Positions 24,534 through 35,700 of a stretch of 64,000 nucleotides of DNA are shown here, one piece after another. The stretch's first letter is position 1. The number at the start of each line of letters is the position of its first letter. Under the pieces are notes generated by a model. It searched no databases. It was not told where the DNA came from and saw only the letters and a list, made by a program, of their open reading frames with translations. The DNA lies in NCBI GenBank assembly GCA_963741445.1, contig CAVUIE010000001.1, positions 510,566 to 574,565 of the forward strand. The letters are read 5' to 3'. Origin of the DNA: an uncultured Chloroflexia bacterium (GTDB taxonomy: Bacteria; Chloroflexota; Limnocylindria; Limnocylindrales; CSP1-4). The position numbers were made by a program, and so were the translations under genes.

Positions 24534-25211
24534 TCAGTGCGGCGCGTTGCCGGGCAGGATGTAGAGCAGCGAGAACAGCAGGATCCAGACGACGTCGACG
24601 AAGTGCCAGTAGAGCGAGGCGGCCTCGACGGCATCGTGGTGCTTCGGGGAGAACTGGCCGGCGATCCCGCGGTAGAGCACCACGCCCAGCATGATCACGC
24701 CGCCGAAGACGTGGGCGCCGTGGAACCCGGTGAGCGTGAAGTACGTGGTCCCGAACGTTCCCGACGTCAGCGTCACGCCCTCCTGGCCGAGCAGCGCGTA
24801 GTCGGTCAGCTGCATCACGAGGAAGACGCCGCCGATGACCAGCGTGACCGCGAAGAAGCGCAGGAACGCGGTGCGGTCGCCGCGCCGGATCGCCCAGACG
24901 CCGAACTGGCACGTGAACGACGAGATGATCAGGAGGATCGTCGCCGGCAGGACCAGCGGCAGCATGTCGACGTGGAACGCCGCGCCGGTCTCCGGGTCGA
25001 TGGGCGGCCACTGGCTGGCGTTGGCCCGGACGTTGAAGTAGGCGGCGAAGAGGCCGGAGAAGAACATCACCTCCGAGGTGATGAACAGCAGCATCCCGAG
25101 GACCGGGTTGCTGATCCCGCCGCTCACGTCGTGGTCCAGGCCGCCGAAGCGATGGTCCCCTTCGGGCGTCGCGTCGACCACTGGGGCGATGGCGCTGGCG
25201 TTCGTCGTCAT
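24534..25211 (-). CDS. ctaE: Cytochrome c oxidase subunit III.
   Basis: The protein is 225 aa. It has LGMLLFITSEVMFFSGLFAAYF and a C-terminal HFVDVVW motif typical of CoxC. Confidence 0.85.
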   Translation of the reverse strand: MTTNASAIAPVVDATPEGDHRFGGLDHDVSGGISNPVLGMLLFITSEVMFFSGLFAAYFNVRANASQWPPIDPETGAAFHVDMLPLVLPATILLIISSFTCQFGVWAIRRGDRTAFLRFFAVTLVIGGVFLVMQLTDYALLGQEGVTLTSGTFGTTYFTLTGFHGAHVFGGVIMLGVVLYRGIAGQFSPKHHDAVEAASLYWHFVDVVWILLFSLLYILPGNAPH

Positions 25212-25224
25212 CGTCGTCGTCCGC

Positions 25225-26853
25225 TCAGTGGCCGCTGGTCTGGGGGTGGCGAGCGTCGAAGAGCGGGCGCTCGGAGCGGATGTCGGGCAGGTGGTCGAAG
25301 TTGTAGGCGGGCGGCGGCGAGCTGGTCGCCCACTCCAGCGTGTTGGCCTCCCACGGGTCGTCGCCGGCGGGCTTGCCGCTGCGCAGCGAGATGAAGATGT
25401 TCCAGAGGAAGGGCAGCATCGACAGCGCGATCGTGAACCCGCCGATCGTGGCCACGATGTTGAGGTCCTGCCAGCCGGCCGCGGACGAGTAGTCGGCGAT
25501 GCGCCGCGGCATGCCGACCAGCCCCAGCTCGTGCATCGGGAAGAACGTCATGTTGAAGCCGATGAACATGAGCAGGAACTGCGCGCGGCCCAGGGTCTCG
25601 TTCAGCATCCGGCCGGTCATCTTCGGGAACCAGTAGTAGAAGCCGGCCATGATCCCGAAGACCGAGCCGCCGAACAGGACGTAGTGCAGGTGCGCGACCA
25701 CCCAGTAGGTGTCGTGCAGGGCGAAGTCCACCGGGACGGCGGCGCTGAACGCCCCGTTGATGCCGCCGATCAGGAACATCGTCAGGAAGCCGAGGGCGAA
25801 GAGCAGCGGCGTCCGCAGCATCAGCTGGCCGCGCCACATCGTGAAGATCCAGTTGAACATCTTCACCCCGGTCGGGACCGCGATGAGGAACGTCATCAGG
25901 CTGAAGAACGGCAGGAAGACCGCGCCGGTCGTGAACATGTGGTGGGCCCACACGGAGAACCCGAGGGCGCCGATTCCGGCCGTGGCGAAGATGAACGCCT
26001 TGTAGCCGAACAGCGGCTTGCGGCTGAAGACGGGCAGGATCTCGCTGATCATGCCCATCGCGGGCAGGACCATGACGTAGACCGCCGGGTGCGAGTAGAA
26101 CCAGAAGACGTTCTGGTAGAGGATCGGGTCGCCGCCGTTGCGCGGGTCGAAGAAGGCGCCGCCGAGGTTCCGGTCGATGAACAGCATGATCAGGGCGCTG
26201 GTGATGACCGGCGTGGCCATCAGGACCAGCACCGAGGTGACCAGCACGGTCCAGACCATGATCGGCATCCGGAAGAGCGTCATGCCCGGGGCGCGCATCT
26301 TGAAGATCGTGACGAGGAAGTTGATGGCGCCCAGGATCGAGCTGGTGCCGATCAGGACGAGCGCGACGATCCACAGGTCCTGGCCGGACCCGGTGGCGGC
26401 CAGGGCATGGTCCTCCGACAGCGGGGGATAGCTCGTCCAGCCCGCGGCGGCCGTGCCGCCCGTGACGAACCCGGCGAGGAGCAGCACGCCGGCCAGCGGC
26501 AGCATCCACAGCGAGAGCGCGTTGATGCGCGGGAACGCCATGTCCGGGGCGCCGATCTGGAGCGGCACGACGTAGTTCCCGAAGCCCGCCAGCATCGGGA
26601 TCACGAACAGGAAGATCATGAACGTGGCGTGCATCGAGAACAGCTCGTTGTAGCCGTGATCGGTCACGAGCTGGAGGCCGGGGAACGCGAGCTCGGAGCG
26701 GACGAAGAGCGCCAGCACGCCGCCGATGAAGAAGAAGACGAACGAGTTGATCACGTACATGATCCCGATCTTCTTGTGATCGGTCGTCGTGATCCAGTCG
26801 TACAGGCTGCTCCGATACGTCGTGGCGGCCGGCGTCAACGTGGTCGTTGCCAT
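25225..26853 (-). CDS. ctaD: Cytochrome c oxidase subunit I (aa3-type haem-copper oxidase catalytic subunit).
   Basis: The intact 542-aa ORF has DHKKIGIMY, histidine ligands in the WAHHMF and HYVL contexts, and 12 TM helices. Confidence 0.9.
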   Translation of the reverse strand: MATTTLTPAATTYRSSLYDWITTTDHKKIGIMYVINSFVFFFIGGVLALFVRSELAFPGLQLVTDHGYNELFSMHATFMIFLFVIPMLAGFGNYVVPLQIGAPDMAFPRINALSLWMLPLAGVLLLAGFVTGGTAAAGWTSYPPLSEDHALAATGSGQDLWIVALVLIGTSSILGAINFLVTIFKMRAPGMTLFRMPIMVWTVLVTSVLVLMATPVITSALIMLFIDRNLGGAFFDPRNGGDPILYQNVFWFYSHPAVYVMVLPAMGMISEILPVFSRKPLFGYKAFIFATAGIGALGFSVWAHHMFTTGAVFLPFFSLMTFLIAVPTGVKMFNWIFTMWRGQLMLRTPLLFALGFLTMFLIGGINGAFSAAVPVDFALHDTYWVVAHLHYVLFGGSVFGIMAGFYYWFPKMTGRMLNETLGRAQFLLMFIGFNMTFFPMHELGLVGMPRRIADYSSAAGWQDLNIVATIGGFTIALSMLPFLWNIFISLRSGKPAGDDPWEANTLEWATSSPPPAYNFDHLPDIRSERPLFDARHPQTSGH

Positions 26854-26862
26854 CGGGTTCCC

Positions 26863-27240
26863 TTACTGCACCGTCAGCGTGCCGGTCATGTTCTGGTGGA
26901 CGAAGCACTCGAAGGGGTAGGTGCCCGCGGGCAGCGGTCCGACCGGGTAGTTCTCGGTCGCCACGCCCGGGAAGACCTTGCCGTCGAAGACGACCTGGCC
27001 GCCGATCGAGTCCTTGAAGATCTTGACGTTGTGCGGCACGGACGCGTCCTGGTTGTCGAACTTGATGGTGATCGGCGCGTTCGCGGGGGCCGACACGGCC
27101 GGGGTCGTGAACGCCACGTTCTTGGCGACGATGTCGACCGTGACCGGGGGTGCCGCCGGGCCGCCGCCGGTGCCGCCGCTCGCGGAGGGGGCCGGGGACG
27201 GCGACGGCTTCGGCGCCGTCTGCCTGGGCCAGCCAGGCAT
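26863..27240 (-). CDS. Cupredoxin (plastocyanin-like) domain. It is either fused to the C-terminus of CoxB by a 1-nt frame change or a separate small blue-copper protein.
   Basis: The sequence ITIKFDNQDASVPHNVKIF...YPFECFVHQNMTGTLTVQ shows the H...C..H....M copper site. Its frame continues out of the coxB 3' end at about 27240, and no plausible independent start with a signal peptide is present. Confidence 0.55.
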   Translation of the reverse strand: MPGWPRQTAPKPSPSPAPSASGGTGGGPAAPPVTVDIVAKNVAFTTPAVSAPANAPITIKFDNQDASVPHNVKIFKDSIGGQVVFDGKVFPGVATENYPVGPLPAGTYPFECFVHQNMTGTLTVQ

Positions 27241-28048
27241 CGAAGTCGGAGCCGGACAGCGCGTGCACGTCGAACAGCATGATCGCGTGGCCGGTGCCGC
27301 ACAGCTCGGCGCACTGGCCGCGGAACGTCTGGCCGGCGTCCTTGTCATCCACCTTGAAGTCGAACTGGTTGATCCGGCCCGGGACCACGTCGCGCTTGAA
27401 CAGGAACTGCGGGACGTAGAACGCGTGGATGACGTCGTGGCTGGTCAGGTACAGCTGGACGGTCCGACCGGTCGGGACGACCAGGCCGCCGTCCGCGCCG
27501 GTCGGGACGAACTGGCTGAACAGCGGATCCGGCGCCGGCGGGATGTTCCCGTTGGCATCCTTGACCGTGGTGTAGGTGTCCGGCATGTAGTCGAACTGCC
27601 ACTGGAACTGCCCGGCGACCGCCCGGATCTTGAGGTCCGGCACCGCGGTCTTGGTGTCGACGACGTTGAGCGTCTGCCAGGAGACCACGAACAGGGCCGC
27701 CACGATGATCGTCGGGACGACCGTCCAGACGAGCTCGGCGATCGCGTTGCCGTGCGTCTGGGCCGGGAGTTCGACATCGTCCGGCTTGCGCCGGTAGCGG
27801 AGGACCGTGTAGACGATCAGCCCTTCGACGAGGAAGAAGATGATCGCGGCGATGAGGAAGACGATGGTGTAGAGGTCCCGGATGTGGGCTCCCTGCTCGG
27901 TCACCGCGACCGGTGGGAACAGGCTCTCGACGATCCGCGCGCCGGCGCCGCTGATGAGGGCCAGGACCAGGAGGAGGGCCACGCCGAAGGCGACGAGCAC
28001 GGTCGCGAGGATCGAGCCGGTGGGGCGCGCGCTTCGGGTGCTCGACAT
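27240..28048 (-). CDS. coxB: Cytochrome c oxidase subunit II (CuA subunit).
   Basis: The protein has two N-terminal TM helices and the CuA motif HDVIHAFYVPQF...CAELCGTGHAIM. Confidence 0.85.
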
Positions 28049-28233
28049 CCAGGGTCCTCAGCGGAGTCACACGGGACGCCCGGTCGGAGCGTCTCGCCGT
28101 CAGGAGCAGGGTCTCGATCGGCCCGAGGACGGACCGAGGCCATGATAGCGGGAGCGCAAGCGTGACGTTCGCGCGGCCCCGACCTCCGGGCCGCCCGACA
28201 TCGGTCCGCGACGGTTCGTGCGACGATGCCGCG

Positions 28234-29261
28234 ATGCGCCGTCGATCGGTCCTCGCGCGGGCTGGCTGGGTCGCCGGGCCGCTCGTCATCTGGCTCGCAG
28301 CCGCCCCGTCGGCCGCCGCCCACGGCGCCGGCCCCGGCGGAGCCGCCGACGCTCGCCAACCTGCTCCTCGGCTGGACCTGGGAGCCGCTCCCGACCCTCG
28401 CCATCGGGGTCTCGCTGGTCTGGTGGTGGTGGGCGGTCCGGCGGGTCGACGCCGCCCACCCGGGCAACCCCGTGCCGCGCCGTCGGTCGGTCGCGTTCGG
28501 GCTCGCGATGCTCGCGCTGGCCTTCGCGCTGATCTCGGGGATCGAGCGCTACGACACGACGCTGTTCTCGGTCCACATGGTCCAGCACATCCTGCTGATG
28601 CTGGTCGCGGCGCCGCTCATCGCGCTGGCCGCGCCGATCACGCTGATCCTGCGCGTCTCGTCACCGACGACGCGCAAGCGCCTGGTGCTGCCGGTCCTCC
28701 ACTCGCGGGTGATGCGCGTGCTCGCCTTCCCGGTGGTCGCCTGGCTGCTCTTCGCGGTCGTCATGTGGGTGTCGCACTTCTCGCCGCTGTTCAACGCGGC
28801 CCTCGAGGACCCGTTCGTCCACACCCTCGAGCACGTCCTGTTCCTGGCCAGCGCGCTCCTCTTCTGGTGGCCGGCGGTCGCGCTCGACCCCGCCCCGTGG
28901 CGGATGGGCCATCCGGGACGGCTCGATGCACGTCTTCATGCAGATGATGCAGAACACGTTCCTCGCGGTCGTGATCCTGTTCGCCTCGGGCGTGCTCTAC
29001 CCGCACTACGCGACGGTCGTCCGCGACTGGGGCCCGACCCCGCTCGACGACCAGCGTCTGGCCGCCGGCATCATGTGGTTCGTCGGCGACCTGATCTTCC
29101 TCTCCGCGATCATGGCGATCGTCGCGGGCTGGATCCGGACCGACGCCCGCGACACGGCCCGGACCGACCGCTACGCCGCGGTCGAGATGGCCGAGATCCG
29201 CGTCCGCGAGCAGCGGCTCGCCGAGCGGCTGGCCCGCGAGCGCGGAGAGACGCCGGGGTAG
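28234..29261 (+). CDS. ctaG: Cytochrome c oxidase assembly factor CtaG (Caa3_CtaG family membrane protein), divergent from coxB, with two frameshifts.
   Basis: The signal or TM start is MRRRSVLARAGWVAGPLVIWLAAAPSAAAHG. The protein then reads LANLLLGWTWEPLPTL...FSVHMVQHILLMLVAAPLIALAAP. The C-terminal part is in ORF 28926..29261. Confidence 0.7.
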
Positions 29262-29559
29262 GGCCGCAGGTCCGCGAGTCTCCGCGGCCAGGTTCGTCGC
29301 ACGCGGTCGTCCCCATGCTTGCCCCGACACGACTCCCAGTCTTAGGCCACGCACAAACGCAGGTATACGCCTTCGGTTACAGCCGGCTCGACCGACTCGA
29401 TCACGCTCGACGATGCCCGGTCAGGCTCGATCTCACTCGTCCGGCGCCTCGAGTCCTCGCCGTTCGGACCTCGATCGCCCAGCGGGTACGACTCTCGGCC
29501 GTCCCCGGGTCGAATTTCGCGGCCTAGCGGCACCGTGCCGACCGCCTCAGCGCCGTCGG

Positions 29560-30612
29560 GCAGGCGTGGCCGTCGATCAGGCGCGCCTCTCCACCGGGAT
29601 CGCGCGCGCCGGTCAGCCTCCCCCGGGATCGGCGCCGCCAGGTACTCGCGGTAGCGGTCCGGGTCCACGTTGCCGCCGCTGACCACGGCCACGACCGGAC
29701 CGTCGAGGCCCGTCAGAGCCGGCACTCCTCGGCACGGAACGCCATGGCCGCGATCGACAGGGCGCCCGGACGGCTCGGCGACCAGCCGCGACTGCTCGGC
29801 CGCGAGGCGGACCCCGGCGGCGATCTCGGCCTCGCTGACCGTGACGATCGAGTCGAGGTGCGCGCGGAGGTGCGCGAAGGTGCGGACGCCGATGGCCTGG
29901 GTGCGCGTCCCGTCGGCGATGGTCCGCGAGACGTCGGCCGCCGGCCACTCGACGATCTCGCCCGCGGCCAGCGAGTCGCGCGCGTCCGCGGAAAGCTCCG
30001 GTTCCACGCCGACCACGCGGGCCGAGGGCCGGAGCGCCTTGACCGCGGTCGCGATCCCGCTCGCGAGCCCGCCGCCACCGATCGGCACGAGCACGGCAGC
30101 CAGGTCGGGCAGGTCCTCGAGGAGCTCGAGGCCGATCGTGCCCTGGCCGGCGATGATCCGGTCGTCGTCGAACGGCGGGATGACGGTCAGCGATCGCTCA
30201 GCGGCCAGCCGCTCTGCCACGATCCGCCGCTCGTCGCTGGCCGGGCCGACGACGATGACCTCGGCGCCGTCGGCCTCGACCCGTTCGCGCTTGATGGCCG
30301 GGGCGTCGGATGGCATGACCACGACGGCCGGGATGCCGAGCAGCCGGGCGGCCCGGGCGACGCCCTGGGCATGGTTCCCGGACGAGTAGGTGATGACGCC
30401 GCGTGCACGATCGGCGGTCGGCAGCGACGCGACCATCGCGTACGCGCCGCGGATCTTGAAGGCACCGATCGGCTGCAGCGACTCGGCCTTGAGGAAGCGT
30501 CGGTCGGCCGGCGGGCCGAACGGGACCAGCGGCGTGCGGGTCGCGACGCCTCGCAGGACCACGGCGGCCGCGCGGATGTCCTCGAGAGTGACGAGCGGCG
30601 CGTCGCCCATCA
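29560..30612 (-). CDS. ilvA: Threonine dehydratase or threonine ammonia-lyase (PLP fold-type II, short form). The 3' end is uncertain.
   Basis: The PLP-lysine motif reads SLQPIGAFKIRGA. The glycine loop reads GGGGLASG. The protein also contains YSSGNHAQG. Confidence 0.75.
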
Positions 30613-30954
30613 GCGGGCGCCGCGGTCGAGGTCGCGCTGGCAGTCGATGCAGGTGGCGGCCCACGGCAGCGCCTCGAGCCGCGCCGGCGCGATCGGCTTG
30701 CCGCAGCGGACGCAGACCCCGAACGATCCGTCGTCGAGCCGCGCCAGGGCCGCCTCGACCAGCGCGAGCTGCGCGGCGGAACGGTCGCGCAGCGCGAGGT
30801 CGCGCTGCTGCTCGAAGACCTGGCTCGCCGCGGCGGCCTGCGAGCCGTAGGTCATCTGCCCGGGCGCCACGATCGCCTCGCCGACCTCGGCGGCGAGACG
30901 GGCGCGCTCGGCGAGCAGGGCGGTGCGCGCGGCGTCGGTGTCGGTGGATCCCAT
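30610..30954 (-). CDS. DksA/TraR family C4-type zinc-finger protein.
   Basis: The C-terminal motif CVRCGKPIAPARLEALPWAATCIDCQ is a C4 zinc finger following a coiled-coil region. Its stop overlaps the ilvA start. Confidence 0.7.
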   Translation of the reverse strand: MGSTDTDAARTALLAERARLAAEVGEAIVAPGQMTYGSQAAAASQVFEQQRDLALRDRSAAQLALVEAALARLDDGSFGVCVRCGKPIAPARLEALPWAATCIDCQRDLDRGAR

Positions 30955-31048
30955 CGGCGGATGCTACCCCGCCATCGACCGTGGCCGCGCCTGACACCGT
31001 ATACTCCCCTCCAGTACCGCCACACTCGACCAGCCCCGGAGGAGCGCC

Positions 31049-31219
31049 ATGGCCATCGCGATCGATCCCGTCTGCGGCATGGAGGTCGACACGACCACGT
31101 CGGAGCTGTCGTGGGAACACGACGGGACCACGTACTGGTTCTGCGGCCGCGGCTGCATGCTCGACTTCCAGGACGACCCGGCCAAGTACCTGGACCCGGA
31201 CCACACCCCGTCGATGTGA
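31049..31219 (+). CDS. YHS-domain (TRASH-like) metal-binding small protein of 56 aa.
   Basis: MAIAIDPVCGMEVD...YWFCGRGCMLDF is the YHS consensus. The ORF is below the track's length cut-off and was read directly from the sequence. Confidence 0.65.
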   Translation: MAIAIDPVCGMEVDTTTSELSWEHDGTTYWFCGRGCMLDFQDDPAKYLDPDHTPSM

Positions 31220-31282
31220 GGCGTCGGCCGGCGCGGCGCCGATGCGCCGTGCAGGTTGCTGGGAACGGCCTACACTCGGCGC

Positions 31283-31766
31283 ATGCCGGTCCACGTGGTC
31301 TGGTTCCTGATCGCGATCGCGCTCCTCGTCGTGGAGCTGGCGAGCACGACCTTCTACGCGATCTTCCTGGCCGTCGGCGCGGCCGCGGCGGGCCTGCTCG
31401 CCTTCTTCGTCCCTGACTCCCCGGCCTGGGTCCAGGCCGTCCTCGCCGTGGCCGTCGCGATCGCGGGCGTGGTGCTCGTCCGACCGATCCTCGGGCGCCG
31501 CCTCCAACGGCACGGGTCCGGCGCGATCTGCCCCGGGGACCCACGGCGGGTTCGTCGGCCAGCGCGCGCTGACCACCGACGCGATCGGCGACGAGCTGCA
31601 TCCCGGCCACGTCCGGCTCGCCGGCGAGGTGTGGATGGCCTTCACCGATACCCACGAGACGATCGACGGCGGCGTCCCCGTGGTCGTCAGCGCCGTTCGA
31701 GGGACGACGCTCATCGTCCGTCCCGCCGGTTCGGCGCCCGCCCCGGCCCAGATCCCGGAGGTCTGA
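31283..31766 (+). CDS. NfeD-family membrane protein, the partner of the SPFH protein. It has a frameshift in the middle.
   Basis: The N-terminus has three TM helices. The C-terminal OB-fold reads GHVRLAGEVWMAFTD...VVVSAVRGTTLIVRP. It is read by joining the ORF at 31256 to the alternate frame that ends at the TGA at 31764. Confidence 0.6.
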
Positions 31767-31768
31767 CC

Positions 31769-32719
31769 GTGGAACCCACCACCGTCGCCGCGATCGTCGC
31801 GGCGATCACGCTCCTGCTCATCTTCGTCTTCGCGATCTACCTGCTGCGCTCGACGGTCAACCTCGTCCAGCAGGGCTCGGTCGGGGTCGTCAAGCGGCTC
31901 GGCGAGTTCCACGGGATCCACGAGCCCGGGATGGTCGTCATCGCGCCGTTCATCGACGCGATCGTCTTCGTCGACATGCGCGAGATCCCGCGGCCCGGCG
32001 ACCGCCAGGAGGTCATCACCAAGGACAACGTCGTCGTGGCGGTGAACGCGACGATCTTCACCCAGGTCGTCGACGCGAAGCAGGCGCTCTTCAGCATCGC
32101 CAACTTCGACGTCGCCATCGACGCGCTGGCGCGGACGGCGCTGCGCTCGGTCATCGGGACGCTCTCGCTGGACGAGGCGCTGTCGGAGCGCGAGCGGATC
32201 AACATCGACGTCCAGCAGCAGATGGAGGCGGTGACCGACAAGTGGGGGATCCGGATCAACCGGATCGAGATCGTCGAGATCACCCCGCCGCCGCAGATCC
32301 TCCAGGCGCTGGCCCTCCAGAAGCAGGCCGACCAGGAGAAGCGCGCGAAGATCCTCCAGTCCGAGGGCATCCAGCAGTCGGCGGTGAACGTCGCCGACGG
32401 CGACCGGCAGGCCGCGATCAAGAACGCCGAGGGCGAGCGGCAGGCCGCGATCCTGCGCGCCGAGGGCAACCGGCAGGCGGCGATCCTCGAGGCCGAGGGT
32501 CGAGCGCAGGCGATCGCCACGGTCTACGCCGCGATCACCGCGCAGAACCCGGACCCGACGCTGGTCGCGATCCTCCAGCTCGACACGCTCTCGAAGTTCG
32601 CCGCGAGCCCGAACACGAAGATCGTGATCCCGGCCGAGTCCGCGGCCCTCATGGGCGCGGTGCAGGCGATCCAGTCCGTGCTGGCGCAGGTGCCGGCGGC
32701 GCCGGAGACCGCCGGGTAG
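31769..32719 (+). CDS. SPFH/band-7 (stomatin or prohibitin-like) protein.
   Basis: A GTG start lies 2 nt after the NfeD stop. The protein has an N-terminal TM helix followed by the band-7 core (VNLVQQGSVGVVKRLGEF...MREIPRPGDRQEVITKDN) and a C-terminal coiled-coil. Confidence 0.8.
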   Translation: MEPTTVAAIVAAITLLLIFVFAIYLLRSTVNLVQQGSVGVVKRLGEFHGIHEPGMVVIAPFIDAIVFVDMREIPRPGDRQEVITKDNVVVAVNATIFTQVVDAKQALFSIANFDVAIDALARTALRSVIGTLSLDEALSERERINIDVQQQMEAVTDKWGIRINRIEIVEITPPPQILQALALQKQADQEKRAKILQSEGIQQSAVNVADGDRQAAIKNAEGERQAAILRAEGNRQAAILEAEGRAQAIATVYAAITAQNPDPTLVAILQLDTLSKFAASPNTKIVIPAESAALMGAVQAIQSVLAQVPAAPETAG

Positions 32720-32761
32720 GTCGACCCCGATGCCGGCGCGGCGCGCCGCACTGGCGCTTGG

Positions 32762-35700
32762 TCAGGGCGAGTAGGTAAAGGTCCCGGCGCCGGTCAGCCA
32801 CGGCCGGAACTGATTGTTCCGCCACGAGTAGATGAAGCAGCTACTCCCGGGCGACGAGATGGTGTAGCTCCGACTTCCGAGTGTCGCCGGGCCGTAGTGG
32901 TTCTCCCCGCTACCCACGCAGTACACACCGATGTTGCCCGAGTCGTCGAGCGGCCCGGTCAGCGTGATCGTGACGGTGGTCCCCGCACGAGGGTTGAAGA
33001 GACCCGCTCAGGCGATTGGCAAGCGAGGGTCGGGTGTCGGGCATCCCCGCGAACGAGAGTGCCTCGCCCGGGCGACGCCGGCGGCGGCTCGATCGGGACC
33101 TTCCTGGTGAAGGAGCCGGCGCCGGTCAGGCCGGGCCGATAGGTCGAGTTTCGCCACGAGTACACGAAGCAGTTGCCGCTGGTGGTCGTCAGGCCCCAGC
33201 GATGCGTCCCGACCGTGGCGTTCTCGTAGTGGTTCTCCCCGGTCGCCGCGCAGAAGACACCGATGTTGCCTGGATCATTGAGGGCCGTCGTGATGGTGAT
33301 CTCCACGCCCAGCCCGTAGCTCGGCGAGAAGGAGTCCGACAGCCGGTTCACGCGCGTGCCTGCGGTGTCGGTGACGCCCGGGAACGTCAACGCGGTCGGC
33401 CCTGGAGGTGGTGGCGGCGGAGGGGGGTGGCGGGGTCGGCGTGGGTGTCGGGGTCGGCGTCGGGGTCGGGGTCGGCGTGGGTGTCGGCGTCGGCGTGGGT
33501 GTCGGCGTGGGTGTCGGCGTGGGTGTCGGCGTCGGCGTCGGCGTGGGTGTCGGCGTCGGCGTGGGTGTCGGCGTGGGTGTCGGCGCGGCGCTCGGCGTGT
33601 ACGCGAACGTCCCTGCGCCTGTCAGGGTCGGCCGGTAGGTCTTGTCCTTCCACGAGTAGACGAAGCAGTCGCCCGGTTTCGCGATCGTGTAGCTCGTGAT
33701 GCCGACAGCGGCCGTTCCGTAGTGGTTCTCGCCGCTGGTCGCGCAGTAGACGCCGATGTTGCCGGAATCGCTGAGCGGGCTGGTGAGCGTGATGGAGACG
33801 GTCGAGTCGACGGTCGGCGTGAACAAGCCGGTCAACCGGTTCGACAACGTGGGTCGACTTTCGGCGGCGCCTGCGAACGAGAGGCTGCCGTTCGGAGTCG
33901 CAGGTGGCGGCTCGGTCGACGAGATCGTGAACCAGCCAGCCCCGTCGAGCCCGGGTCGATACGTCGACCCCTTCCACGAATAGACGAAGCACGATCCGCC
34001 GCTCGAGGTCAGGCCCCAGCGATGGAAGCCGACCGTCGCGGCTTCGTAGTGGTTCTCATTCGTTCCCTGGCAGAACACCCCGATATTGCCGGCGTCGCTC
34101 AGCGGCTTCGTCAGGGTGACTTCGATGGCCGTCCCGATCGCGGGCGTGAAGAAGTCGGACAGCCGGTTCACGGTCGTTCCGGCCGTCGCCTGGACGCCTG
34201 GGAAGGCAAGGACCAGCGCGTTCGGCGGCGGGTGCGAGAGCTGCGTGACCGTGACGGTCACCGCGCCGGTGTCGATCCCGCCATGACCGTCCGAGACGGT
34301 ATACGTGAACGCATCGCCGCCGACGTACCCGGATTCGGGCACGTAGTGGACCGTGCCATTCGCGTTGATGCTCGTGGCGCCGTGCAACGCGGGCGAGACG
34401 GTCGACACCGACAGCGTGTCGCCGTCGGGGTCGGTGTCGTTGGCGAGGACGTTGGCATCGGCCGCGGTGTACTGGTAGGTCGCGAGGTCGTCATCGACCG
34501 CGACCGGCGGGTCGTTCGGCGGGGGCGGCGGTACGTAGCCCAGGACCGCCTCGGCTGCGTCAAGCTCGCCGCAGCCGAAGAACGAGGCATATCGCGGGTC
34601 GCTCTGGGGGATCGGCGTGTAGCCGAAGATGCCCTGCAGGCCGCCATTCGTCATGTTGGCGGTCGCGCACAGCTTCGCTCGGACGTCGTCGAAGAGGCCC
34701 GGGGCCCCGGTGTCCGTGACCCCGGCACTCGAGCAGCAGGGCGACGGTGCCGGCGACGTGCGGGGACGCCATCGACGTGCCGCTCTCTGCCGCGTAGCCA
34801 TTCGGCGAGCAGAACTGGCACCCGCCGACGGGGACCGTCGAGATGATGCTGTCGCCCGGCGAGGCGATGTCGACCTCCTGGCCGGTGCACGAATAGCCCG
34901 TGATCGCATCGCTCGGGTTCGTGAACGTGGTCGACAGGACCTGTGGATAGGCGCCCGGATACGCGACCGGGCAACCATTGAGGATGTCCTGGATCGAGAC
35001 GGCGTTGCCGGAGGCGGCCACCATCAGGAGGCCGGCGGCCGATGCATTCGCCACCGCGGTCTCGAGTGCCGGCGAGACCTCGTGCGTCCCGAGGCTCATG
35101 TTGACGATGTCCATGTGGTTGTCGACGGCCCACTGCAACGCGAGGATCAGGTCGGAGACCTCGCCTTGTCCTGTGCTGTCGAGGATCTTCAGGGCATACA
35201 GGTCCACGCCCGGCGCCACGCCGACGACCAGATAGTTGTTCCGTTCTGCCGCGAGGATGCCGGCGACGTGCGTGCCATGGCCGTTGTCATCCATCGGGTC
35301 GCTGTCGTGGTTGACGAAGTCGTAGCCCCCCTTGTAGGTGCCCAGGAACTCGGGATCGACGTTCGGCGGAACGTCATGGACGTAGTCGATCCCGGTATCG
35401 ATGACCGCGACCTTGACGCCGGCGCCCGTGATCCCAGCGTCATGGACCGCCTTGGCGCCGATATGCGCGACGCCCCAGGCGTTGGCGTATTCGAAGTCAC
35501 CGGTCGATGCGGCGGAACCCACCGGCTCGAAGGCGGCGATGGTCGCGTCCCGTTCGACGGTCTTGACGTTCTTCCCGAGTCGGGCCTTGGCGAGGATGTT
35601 CGAGGGCAGCGTCACCACGAGCCCGTTGATGAGCCCGACGCCACGGCCGACCTTGCCGCCGAGCGCCATGATCGCCGCCTTCTCGACAGCCCCTGGCTGA

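Noticed and set aside
25078-27282. A 734-aa plus-strand ORF across ctaD and coxB.
   Set aside because: It is antisense to the intact cytochrome oxidase subunit I gene. Its composition (runs of E, D, R, H) is non-protein-like.
33408-33638. An ORF encoding (GV)n and a possible CRISPR-like or tandem array.
   Set aside because: It is the antisense reading of the (PT)n linker microsatellite inside the subtilase gene. The repeats are 6-nt units with no spacers, so this is not a CRISPR array.
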